Source: a virus (lineage: Duplodnaviria; Caudoviricetes). From it: DNA of 36,372 bases. The position numbers were made by a program, and so were the translations under genes. Position 1 is the first letter of the stretch. Every line of letters starts with the position of its first letter. Where the stretch lies: IMG/VR virus record IMGVR_UViG_3300037195_002099, positions 1 to 36,372 of that record, one strand, 5' to 3'. A model generated the notes under the pieces. That model worked only from the letters and a program-made list of their open reading frames with translations. It was not told where the DNA came from and did not search any database. Below, one piece after another: positions 27,445 to 35,156 of this stretch.

Positions 27445-27998
27445 TGGGCAAGATGCTTAATTTTCTGGTTCGGGGCACGATTTCCCTGGTTGAAGCAACG
27501 CGCAAACTTCAAGTGCTGCAAGTGCGGTTAACCGCCAATGAGGTGAAAGACGGGGTCGAGCATTTCGAGCCTTACGGGTTTTCTTCGCACCCTTTGCCTG
27601 GGTCGGAGGTGGCGCTGGGTTTCGTCGGCGGTGATCGGTCCCATTGTTTGGCGTTGGTCGTTACGGACCGTCGGCATCGGCCGCAGGGTTTGGAGGCTGG
27701 GGAGGTGTGCTTGTTTACTGACGAAGGCGATGAGATTCGTTTCAAGCGAGGCCGAGTCATTAGCGTGATTGCCGGCAGCAAGGTCGAAGTGACGGCTCCG
27801 GAAGCGGTTTTTAACTGCTCGACCAGCGTCACGCTGAACACGCCCAAAGTAATTGCCTCGGGCGACATCGAGGCTGCAGGCCAGATTCGCGACGCTACGG
27901 GCACGATGCAGTCGATGCGCGATACCTACAACAATCACAACCATCCGGAAAACGATAGCGGTGGCCCTACCGACTCACCTAATCAGCCAATGATATGA
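27444..27998 (+). CDS. Baseplate spike (gpV / Mu gp45-like)
   Basis: VEHFEPYGFSS.P, DRRHRP.GL..GEV, C-terminal HNH metal motif. Confidence 0.93.
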   Translation: MGKMLNFLVRGTISLVEATRKLQVLQVRLTANEVKDGVEHFEPYGFSSHPLPGSEVALGFVGGDRSHCLALVVTDRRHRPQGLEAGEVCLFTDEGDEIRFKRGRVISVIAGSKVEVTAPEAVFNCSTSVTLNTPKVIASGDIEAAGQIRDATGTMQSMRDTYNNHNHPENDSGGPTDSPNQPMI

Positions 27999-28396
27999 GT
28001 ATTCGTGAACTACTGGCATCGGCCGATCAGATTGAAAGAGCCGTTGTAATCAGTCTATTTACCTGGCGCAGGGCCGAGGATTCTGACCCCGTTGATGACG
28101 ATGAGCGTTATGGCTATTGGGGTGATGCGTACCCCGATGTTGCTCGTGATCGGATTGGGTCCCGGTTGTGGTTGCTGCGCCGGCGCTCGTTAACCGCAGA
28201 AACTATTCAAAACGCAGAGCGATATGCCCGTGAGGCGTTGGCTTGGATGCTGGAGGATGAGGTTGTGAGTGCTGTGCAGGTGGATCTGGTCCGGCCAAAT
28301 CCGACCAGGTTGGATTTATACGTGACGCTGACACTAGATGAGGGCCAGCGTGAATTGCGGTTTGACGATGTATTAGGGGTGATCAATGCCGTTTGA
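27995..28396 (+). CDS. Mu gp46-like baseplate protein
   Basis: AVVISLFTWRRA, GYWGD, IGSRLWLL.R, EALAWMLED. Confidence 0.92.
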   Translation: MSIRELLASADQIERAVVISLFTWRRAEDSDPVDDDERYGYWGDAYPDVARDRIGSRLWLLRRRSLTAETIQNAERYAREALAWMLEDEVVSAVQVDLVRPNPTRLDLYVTLTLDEGQRELRFDDVLGVINAV

Positions 28397-29432
28397 AGTT
28401 CCAACCTTACCAGCGCTTGTGCAGCGTGCAAATGAAGATTTGGCGCGCGCAGGTATTGATGGTGTGCTGCGACGTTCGGACAGCGCCGTGCTGGCCCGGG
28501 TGATGTCTGGTGGCGTGTTCGGTTTGTATGGCCTATTGGCGTGGCAGGCCCGGCAGATTTTGCCCGACACCTGCGATGAAGACATGCTGGCCAGGTGGGC
28601 GAATCTGAAAGGTGTTCTGCGTACACCCGCGACGGCTTCTACAGGCGCAATTGATGTCGTCGGCGCCGACGATGTCATGGTGCCCGAAAACATGATCTGG
28701 CAAACCCGAGGTGGTCTGCAGGTTGTCGTGACACAAGATACCGTTATTGCCTCTGGTCAGGCTTCAGTCCCCGTTCAGGCATTGTTGGTTGGACAAGCTG
28801 GAAACTTATCTGAAAGCGTGCAGGTGACGGCCATTTCCCCGGTCGCTGGTGTGACCGATCGCGCCACGGTGGCCGCTGGTGGTCTTGTTGGTGGAACTGA
28901 TCAAGAGCCTTTAGAGAATTGGCGGCAACGTGTTGTAAGGGCATTCCGGATACAGCCTCACGGCGGTGACCTGGAGGATTACGTTACTTGGGCATTGGAG
29001 GTGCCAGGCGTGACACGGGCCTGGGCACGCAGAGCATGGTTCGGTCCCGGAACGGTTGGTGTCTTTGTGGTGCGCGACAACGATCAAAACATCGTGCCTG
29101 ATGCGCCCGAGTTGGCGGCCGTGCTGGATCACATTGAATCTAAGCGCCCGGTTACTGCCGAGGTACAGATTCTGGCCCCAACCCTTTTACCCATTGATTA
29201 CCAGGTGCGATTGGATCCGGACACTGAGGCGGTGCGAGGAAAAGTGGTGCAGGCCTTGCGGGAATTGTTTTTATCTGAGGCCGACCTGGGCGGAAGGCTG
29301 TACTGGTCGCACATGACCGCGGCTATCAGCAATGTTCCGGGCGAGTTGGATCACACGCTTTCGCAACCCTCTGTCGATGTGGTGCCGCAGCCGCATGAGC
29401 TTCCCGTGTTGGGAGACATTACATGGCTGTGA
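28386..29432 (+). CDS. Baseplate J / Mu gp47-like protein
   Basis: QILPDTCDE, GG.D.E, PHGG...DYVTWALEVPGVTRAW, GPGTV. Confidence 0.94.
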   Translation: MPFEVPTLPALVQRANEDLARAGIDGVLRRSDSAVLARVMSGGVFGLYGLLAWQARQILPDTCDEDMLARWANLKGVLRTPATASTGAIDVVGADDVMVPENMIWQTRGGLQVVVTQDTVIASGQASVPVQALLVGQAGNLSESVQVTAISPVAGVTDRATVAAGGLVGGTDQEPLENWRQRVVRAFRIQPHGGDLEDYVTWALEVPGVTRAWARRAWFGPGTVGVFVVRDNDQNIVPDAPELAAVLDHIESKRPVTAEVQILAPTLLPIDYQVRLDPDTEAVRGKVVQALRELFLSEADLGGRLYWSHMTAAISNVPGELDHTLSQPSVDVVPQPHELPVLGDITWL

Positions 29433-30019
29433 GGTCTGAAGCCGATTACCTTTCCCAGCTGCGGCAATTGATGCCGCCCGGGCCTGCCTGGGATCCAGAG
29501 CTTTACCCGCTGCCTGAAATGGTTGCACAAGCCGCCGCTGCCGAGATGGCACGCGTCGACGCGCGCGCAGCTGATCTGTTATCGGAAATGTTCCCCGGCA
29601 CCATTCGCGAATTGCTCTCGGATTGGGAGCGTGTGATGGGTCTGCCCGATGAGTGTCTGGGGCCCCTGTCATCAGCTGGTGAGCGCGTCAATGAAGTAGT
29701 GCGCCGCTTTGCGGAAGTAGGGCGACAGGACCGCGCCTATTTCGAGGAAATTGCACACCGTTTGGGTTATCCGGATGCGTGGATTGAGGAAATGCGGGCA
29801 CCACGTTTCGGTGCCGCGCGCTTTGGTCGATCACGATTTGGTAGTTGGGACGCGCAATTTTTGTGGATTTTGCACTTAGGTGCTCGCCTGCCAGGCGGTA
29901 CGCGATTCGGTATGGCTCGGTTCGGCGATCGCTTTGGCGCCAACCGAAACGATTTTGTGGAGTGCATCGTAAGGCGATACGCCCCGGCGCACACGATAGT
30001 ATTTTTCGATTACGACTGA
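29423..30019 (+). CDS. YmfQ/DUF2313 (Mu gp48-like) baseplate protein
   Basis: LMPPGPAW, LLSDWERVMGLPD.C, ECIVRRYAPAHT. Confidence 0.9.
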   Translation: MAVRSEADYLSQLRQLMPPGPAWDPELYPLPEMVAQAAAAEMARVDARAADLLSEMFPGTIRELLSDWERVMGLPDECLGPLSSAGERVNEVVRRFAEVGRQDRAYFEEIAHRLGYPDAWIEEMRAPRFGAARFGRSRFGSWDAQFLWILHLGARLPGGTRFGMARFGDRFGANRNDFVECIVRRYAPAHTIVFFDYD

Positions 30020-30026
30020 GGTAAAT

Positions 30027-30839
30027 ATGGATTACCCAAAAAGCGACCCAAGTGTAGGCCTGGTGAATGGCCAGTTTGTTGACGAGGACTCAATTACCGG
30101 CCAGCCAGGCTCACTCATTCCAGCTGCTTGGGCCAATGCCTTGATGACGGAGCTGTTGACGGTCGTTGATCACGCTGGATTAGAGCCTGATGAAGAAGAC
30201 AATACGCAGGTACTGGCGGCTTTGCTTGAAGTTTTTGCAACGCGGTCGGATTCGATACCGAAATTCGCAACCCGGCCTGTTACTAATGTAGGTCCTGTTA
30301 TCTATGTTGAAGATCAGATGACGCTGATGCACTGGGTATCCACGGCGTTTTTCACTGGGTATCGGTCACCGTTTTCCGGAAAGCTGGAGTTTGGCTGGAC
30401 GCCAACGCCATTGCCCTGGCAAGTAGAGGCAATCGGTAATACGCTGAACGAGACGGATCACGGTGGCGTAATTGCACGTTTCAGGGAGTCGGGGCTGACC
30501 GTTGCCTTGGGTAGTTGGGTGGCCGGAGAGTACAAGATTGCTGATATGGGCGGCGGTGAGTGGAAGGCGCCGGATATGCGGGATATGTTCCTGCGGTTTA
30601 CAGGTACTGACGCTGACACTGCAAATGCGAGGATGCTTGGAACTTTTCAAGAACATGCAGTTGAAGACCATTTCCATGGGGACTGGCCTATCTCAAATCA
30701 AACAGCCGGCGGCGGCCTCGGAAGTTCTTTCGCAACCGGTGCGGGGCAAACTTCAAATACAGCTGGAATGATTACCGGAAGCTCATCAGAAGAAACCCGC
30801 TCGGTAAACGCCGCTTTCGTGCCGTTCATAAATTTATAA
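30027..30839 (+). CDS. Tail fibre: constant N-terminus plus currently expressed shufflon cassette A (30619-30839)
   Basis: MDYPKS...GSLIPAAWAN baseplate-attachment N-terminus, collar-like PDMRDMFLR, TANAR junction, tip with HFH and ETRSVNAAFVPFINL. Confidence 0.92.
   Translation: MDYPKSDPSVGLVNGQFVDEDSITGQPGSLIPAAWANALMTELLTVVDHAGLEPDEEDNTQVLAALLEVFATRSDSIPKFATRPVTNVGPVIYVEDQMTLMHWVSTAFFTGYRSPFSGKLEFGWTPTPLPWQVEAIGNTLNETDHGGVIARFRESGLTVALGSWVAGEYKIADMGGGEWKAPDMRDMFLRFTGTDADTANARMLGTFQEHAVEDHFHGDWPISNQTAGGGLGSSFATGAGQTSNTAGMITGSSSEETRSVNAAFVPFINL
30619..30629 (+). repeat. Shufflon crossover core 1 (inside tail fibre gene)
   Basis: CTGCAAATGCG, within the T-A-N-A codons. Confidence 0.9.
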
Positions 30840-31079
30840 CTGGTGCGCATGCCACGTTTGTTGATCTGTTTTCTGTTGAAGTGCGAGCTACTCGAGAAGC
30901 ATCAAAATTAAATACTTTATACGTCGATCCACCACCTAATGGGGTCGGACCAAGCCCAGTGTTTGTTAAGTAGAGAGCACCAGAGCCTGTTCCCGAGGCA
31001 TTAAAAACATCGCCGATTGTTCCAGTGATGTTCTGAATGGCATCAGACTGTTCGCTACCAAGCATCCTCGCATTTGCAG
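30826..31079 (-). other. Silent tail-fibre cassette B
   Basis: ANARMLGSEQSDAIQNITG...ENRSTNVACAPVINL*. Confidence 0.92.
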
Positions 31080-31106
31080 CGGCATGTACATCTGCCTGCA
31101 AATGCA
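31069..31106. repeat. Back-to-back crossover cores 2 and 3
   Basis: CGCATTTGCAG-cggcatGTACatctgc-CTGCAAATGCA. Confidence 0.9.
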
Positions 31107-31307
31107 AGGGTGTTGGGTTCGTCGCAAATTTCGGCATTTGAAGCTCACTCTCATTTAGCCACGCACAATCAAATAGGGCTGCAATTTGCAACAGGAGGTA
31201 GCGTTTATGATGCGAATCCAAACCTGGCCACGTTGAGTGGGGGCACTACGGGAGGCGCAGAAACTCGCCCCATTAACGTGGCGCTGTTGCCCGTTATAGA
31301 TTTATGA
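31096..31307 (+). other. Silent tail-fibre cassette C
   Basis: ANARVLGSSQISAFEAHSH...ETRPINVALLPVIDL*. Confidence 0.92.
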
Positions 31308-31517
31308 AAGCCATAAAAGCGCTATTTCGTGGCCTAGTTTCGGACTCTCCAGAAAGGCTAATAGAAGCCGATTGCGATCTTGCGGTCCCGTTCGATGCCT
31401 CTGCTGGGTATTGACCAGAACCTGTGGATCCCGACCAGCCTTGAGCGCTGATAAGGCTATGTTTGTGGGACTTGAAAGCATCACCCTGCTTAGAACCTAG
31501 TATTCGCGCATTTGCAG
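31294..31517 (-). other. Silent tail-fibre cassette D
   Basis: ANARILGSKQGDAFKSHKH...ETRPRNSAFMAFINL*. Confidence 0.92.
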
Positions 31518-31544
31518 CGAAGCGTACACCTGTCTGCAAATGCG
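31507..31544. repeat. Back-to-back crossover cores 4 and 5
   Basis: CGCATTTGCAG-cgaagcGTACacctgt-CTGCAAATGCG. Confidence 0.9.
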
Positions 31545-31751
31545 CGATATCTGTCCAGCAAACAAACTGATGCAAATAAAAGCCAGTCTCACCGGGTCAA
31601 AGTTAATGGCGTTTCACTCCAAACGGGCGGTTCAAATGTGAACCAAATACTTGACTACTCGGCTTCGGCAGGGACCGTAAACACAAGCTCTGAAGGTGCG
31701 GCTGAAGCCCGACCAATGAATACTGCATTTAGTCCATTCATAAGTTTATAA
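31534..31751 (+). other. Silent tail-fibre cassette E
   Basis: ANARYLSSKQTDANKSQSH...EARPMNTAFSPFISL*. Confidence 0.92.
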
Positions 31752-31958
31752 GCGGTATAAATGCGACGTTATCTGGACGCGCTTCGGCACCTCCGCTGTT
31801 CGCGAGCGAGCCGATATACGTTCCATCGTAAGGCGGATCGTAAGTTCGCCAGCCCGAGAAACCGCCTGATGTATTCGACGCATATGCTCCCGAAAGTGTA
31901 TGACTATGCTGTTTGTTCTGGTTTTGTTGCGAGCTGGACAACAACCTCGCATTTGCAG
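31738..31958 (-). other. Silent tail-fibre cassette F
   Basis: ANARLLSSSQQNQNKQHSH...EARPDNVAFIPLINL*. Confidence 0.92.
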
Positions 31959-31985
31959 CGGCATGTACGTCTGTCTGCAAATGCG
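31948..31985. repeat. Back-to-back crossover cores 6 and 7
   Basis: CGCATTTGCAG-cggcatGTACgtctgt-CTGCAAATGCG. Confidence 0.9.
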
Positions 31986-32183
31986 AGGGGCCTGGGAACT
32001 TACCAAGTCGATATTTTTGAGGCTCACGAACATGACCAAAGAGGGATCAATAACGTCACTACGCAGGGTGCTGGAGCATATAACATTGCTGCGACAGGCT
32101 CTATTGGTGTCACGACCTCAACAGAGGGTGGGGCCGAAACCAGGTCTGTAAACACAGCTTTTGTTCCATTCATAAGTTTATAA
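31975..32183 (+). other. Silent tail-fibre cassette G
   Basis: ANARGLGTYQVDIFEAHEH...ETRSVNTAFVPFISL*. Confidence 0.92.
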
Positions 32184-32393
32184 AAGGGGTAAATGCGGTG
32201 TTATCTGGTCTGGTTTCTGGCATCGGATTAAAACGCTGTATAAATGAAGTAGTCAATGAACTACCAGCCCCGCCATTAAGTGACCAGTTCCCGGCGCCCG
32301 CTCCGGGTATTGAGGTTAGGTAGCCGGATAGCTGCATAATAAAAGGCCCAACGGAATCGGCCTGCCCTGTTCCTAAGCCCCTTGCATTTGCAG
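32170..32393 (-). other. Silent tail-fibre cassette H (absent from the ORF track)
   Basis: Hand translation: ANARGLGTGQADSVGPFIMQLSGYLTSIPGAGAGNWSLNGGAGSSLTTSFIQRFNPMPETRPDNTAFTPFINL*. Confidence 0.9.
32383..32393 (-). repeat. Shufflon crossover core 8 (right boundary)
   Basis: CTGCAAATGCA on minus strand, preceded by CA as in core 1. Confidence 0.9.
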
Positions 32394-32469
32394 TGACACA
32401 AACCCATAACGTCGCCTGACAGCCAGTCGACTTCCCTAAATAATTGATCTGCCCCGAACGGGGCTAGGA

Positions 32470-33207
32470 GTGTTTATGCTCAAAATATATCAACAGACTG
32501 ATCACAAGGGCGTGTACCTGTACAGCCAGCAGTTTGCCTCCAAGCCTTACCTGGCGGTGTCGGTCGCAGTGCCCCCGGTTCCCCCCGGCAAGCTGGCCCA
32601 GTGGGAAACGACTCTCAACCCCGTCATCGACAGGAATTGGGGTGAAGAGGGCACCGGCCAGTGGGTGATCAAAGATGATCACCGAAAAGCGGATCTGTAC
32701 CAGATCGCCGACGGCAGCAAGTACGAGCTCGAGCAAGAGATAGAGGGTCAGTCCTATGATGGAATTGGCCCGGTACCGGCCTGGCTCACCCTGCAGGAAC
32801 GCCCCAGTAAGCACCACAACTGGGTTGACGGTGCCTGGGTACTGGACGTTGCCGCCGAGCTCGAAGACGCCAAGATCGATAAGCTGCGCGAAATCGATCA
32901 GGCGCGTGACCAGGCACTGGTTGCCGGCTTCACCCACAATGGCAACACGTTCGACAGCGATGCCAAAAGCATCCAGCGTATCAATGCCATCGCCACCCTG
33001 GCACTTATGGATCCGAACTTCAGCACGCCGTACATAACCAAAGACAACAACATCATTACCCTGGATGCCGCCGCCGTCGGCGCGTTGGGCACTGCCGCTG
33101 CGCAACACGAATCGTCGCTAGTGTTCCAGGCTCGCGCCTTGAAAGATCAGGTACTGGACGCCACTGATAAGTCTACTGTCGACGAGATTGTCTGGGTGGC
33201 TCCCTAA
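32470..33207 (+). CDS. Tail fibre assembly protein (Tfa-like, DUF4376-like C-terminus)
   Basis: W.IKDDHR, GIGPVP, HNWVDGAWVLD, GFTHNGNTFDSD, ARALKDQV..A.....VDEIVW. Confidence 0.85.
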   Translation: MFMLKIYQQTDHKGVYLYSQQFASKPYLAVSVAVPPVPPGKLAQWETTLNPVIDRNWGEEGTGQWVIKDDHRKADLYQIADGSKYELEQEIEGQSYDGIGPVPAWLTLQERPSKHHNWVDGAWVLDVAAELEDAKIDKLREIDQARDQALVAGFTHNGNTFDSDAKSIQRINAIATLALMDPNFSTPYITKDNNIITLDAAAVGALGTAAAQHESSLVFQARALKDQVLDATDKSTVDEIVWVAP

Positions 33208-34205
33208 GTGTCCTTGAGCTGTTCGAGCTGCTTTCTGCCCAGGTTGCTGCGCACCAACTTTCTGGCCAAGTCGCGGCCATGCGGATGATAGTAGCGAAGC
33301 AACATTCTGGTTGTTCGGTGTCCGGTGACCTTGGCCAACTCGTGCGCCTGGAACACAGTGGCCAGCCGGCTAGTGGACTCATGCCGCAGGTCGTGAAACC
33401 GCAGATCCCGAAAGTAGGCAGGATGCGGGCGGCGCCCGTACTTTTTGCATAGCGCTTCGTACATTTTTCTAGCTTTGGTTCTCGCCCGGATGAACGCCCG
33501 GGTAACTGCTTCGGGGCTGATGTCGAAAATGCGGCCGCGCATTGGCTTGCCGATCACGTGCTTACGCAGGCCGTCCTTGGCGAACGGGGAGAGCGGCACA
33601 TAGCGCGTGTCGCCATTTTTGGTATCGGTCAATGTGATGACGCCATGGGCAAGGTCGATCTGCTCGCGTTTGACCAGGGTTATTTCTGAGCGGCGCATGC
33701 CGGTCTCGACCGCTATCAGCATGATTAACGGAAGGTCGGGCGAGCTGGTTGCCCGACATAGCCACTCGAGCTCAGTTTTTGGACATTCATCCTCGGGGAC
33801 GCCGTTCAACCGGATTCGTTCGAACAGTCGCCGATCCCGGGCGTCATCGATGGCGGGGCGTCTGACCAGCTGCACCGGGTTGGCCAGCCAGTGCATTTGC
33901 CAGTCTTTTCGGGCCACCGTGTAAAGGTGGGAGAGCAGGGCAAGTCGACGTGTAACGGTGGAGGGTAAGTGTTCTTGGTGCCACTGGTCACGTAGTCGCA
34001 TCAGATCGGTTGGTGTGATCCGGTTAAGTGGCCGCGTGATCAGGTTTGTCGCGCGCCAAGTCTTGGCTAACGACAGTTCCTGGTAGTGGCTTTTTTTGTA
34101 TGCCGAAACCTCGGTCATATACCTGGTTAATGCCTGATCGAGAGTCGGGCAGATTCGTCTATGTCGTGCATTCAGTTTCATGACAAATGCTCGACTTTCT
34201 AACAC
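33204..34205 (-). CDS. Shufflon-type (Rci-like) tyrosine recombinase
   Basis: TLDQALTRYMTEVSAYKK N-terminus; catalytic ETGMRRSE, DTKNG, FHDLRHE, TGH, RYYH; adjacent to the cassette array; start may be ATG 34181. Confidence 0.92.
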   Translation of the reverse strand: MLESRAFVMKLNARHRRICPTLDQALTRYMTEVSAYKKSHYQELSLAKTWRATNLITRPLNRITPTDLMRLRDQWHQEHLPSTVTRRLALLSHLYTVARKDWQMHWLANPVQLVRRPAIDDARDRRLFERIRLNGVPEDECPKTELEWLCRATSSPDLPLIMLIAVETGMRRSEITLVKREQIDLAHGVITLTDTKNGDTRYVPLSPFAKDGLRKHVIGKPMRGRIFDISPEAVTRAFIRARTKARKMYEALCKKYGRRPHPAYFRDLRFHDLRHESTSRLATVFQAHELAKVTGHRTTRMLLRYYHPHGRDLARKLVRSNLGRKQLEQLKDT

Positions 34206-34208
34206 AAC

Positions 34209-34231
34209 GCCCCAGCGATGGGGCTTTTTTT
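34209..34231 (+). terminator. Terminator-like hairpin upstream of the lysis genes
   Basis: GCCCCA-gcga-TGGGGC-TTTTTTT. Confidence 0.6.
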
Positions 34232-34254
34232 ATGTCCAACCGAAAGGGGAAGAG

Positions 34255-34566
34255 ATGCCAGCTGATTGGTTTAGCCACTTAGAAAAAATACTGCCTGGCT
34301 TGCTGGGGAGTATGGGCGCAATGCTGTGGATACAGGGGTCGTGGAAACGAAAGCTCGCGTTGTTTGCGTTTGGTGGCGTCATGGCTTGGTATGCCACGCC
34401 CTGGATTTATCAACAAACGGGGATCAGCGAGGGCTTTCTTGGCTTGATGGTTGGGCTTTTCGGGATGGCAATTGTCGACTCTGTGTTTCGCATCTGGGCA
34501 GATCTCGGCTTGTCATCGATTGTGCGCGAGTTTATTCGGGCCCGACTCGGGTTACCACGGGAGTGA
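34255..34566 (+). CDS. Putative holin
   Basis: 103 aa, about three TM segments, charged C-terminus; first gene of the lysis cassette. Confidence 0.75.
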   Translation: MPADWFSHLEKILPGLLGSMGAMLWIQGSWKRKLALFAFGGVMAWYATPWIYQQTGISEGFLGLMVGLFGMAIVDSVFRIWADLGLSSIVREFIRARLGLPRE

Positions 34567-34569
34567 ACC

Positions 34570-34824
34570 ATGAAAGAGCTTGTCATTGCGTTGTTGTGTT
34601 TTGTCAGCCTGGCTTGCGTAGCTGGCGCCTTTAGTCAGTGCTACTCGGGCACTTTGCTGCAGCGAATTGGAATGGCCTTAATCGCCTTTTGGGCTATGTG
34701 GCGGGCTGCGCTGATTATTCAGGAAGGGGACGTACACCCGAGTATGGCTTTGGGTGCGCTGGGCATGGCGGTATTTGCCGCCGGCACGATGATTAAAACT
34801 TGGCGGTGGAGGTATCGAAAATGA
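34570..34824 (+). CDS. Second lysis-cassette membrane protein (holin/antiholin-like)
   Basis: 84 aa, three hydrophobic segments, basic tail WRWRYRK; ATGA overlap with endolysin. Confidence 0.6.
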   Translation: MKELVIALLCFVSLACVAGAFSQCYSGTLLQRIGMALIAFWAMWRAALIIQEGDVHPSMALGALGMAVFAAGTMIKTWRWRYRK

Positions 34825-35156
34825 CGCTTGGTCAGAAACAACGAAAATTTACTCGAATGATTGCGGACTTGATCGGTTTCGCCTATAGCCAAGGTTATGA
34901 GCTGACCTTCGGCGATGCTTACCGCGATCCTCGTGTGCACGGACATGTTGGGCAAAAAAAATCTTATAGCAGCGCCAATAGCCTACATAAAGAACGCTTG
35001 GCGGTGGACTTCAATCTTTTCAAAAACGGCCAGTATCTGACCTCGACCGAGGATCATCGGCCACTTGGGGAGTATTGGGAGTCTATCGGTGGCTCATGGG
35101 GTGGGCGGTTCAATGACGGCAATCACTACTCGATTGAGCATGGTGGCCGCAAATGA
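34821..35156 (+). CDS. Endolysin, M15 family peptidase
   Basis: GDAYRD, SLHKERLAVDFNLF, WGGRFNDGNHYS zinc-peptidase motifs. Confidence 0.9.
   Translation: MTLGQKQRKFTRMIADLIGFAYSQGYELTFGDAYRDPRVHGHVGQKKSYSSANSLHKERLAVDFNLFKNGQYLTSTEDHRPLGEYWESIGGSWGGRFNDGNHYSIEHGGRK

Larger units (their letters stand above)
30619..32393. mobile_element. Tail-fibre shufflon (multiple-inversion locus): 4 segments, 8 C-terminal cassettes
   Basis: Eight CTGCAAATGC(G/A) cores in alternating orientation, each opening an in-frame ANAR...I(N/D/S)L-stop cassette. Confidence 0.95.

Noticed and set aside
29790-29945. Repeated RFG tripeptides in the YmfQ-like protein
   Set aside because: Similar short Arg-x-Gly repeats are a normal feature of this baseplate family
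30826-32183. ORF-track starts for cassette ORFs (e.g. 31221, 31074, 31575, 31512, 31980, 31761)
   Set aside because: These are chance upstream starts reading through the linkers; similarity to the fibre begins only at ANAR, so they are silent cassettes rather than independent genes
30619-32393. CRISPR-like reading of the regularly spaced CTGCAAATGC repeats
   Set aside because: Repeats alternate in orientation, are separated by ~210-250-bp coding cassettes, and no cas genes are present; a shufflon fits better
30027-33207. Tail fibre or cassettes as additional DGR targets
   Set aside because: No match to the TR invariant 3' block seen by eye; a formal alignment would be decisive
33204-34205. 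Tyrosine recombinase as the prophage integrase
   Set aside because: Internal position between tail and lysis genes, Rci-like N-terminus and adjacent inversion sites; the excisionase-like gene is at the other end
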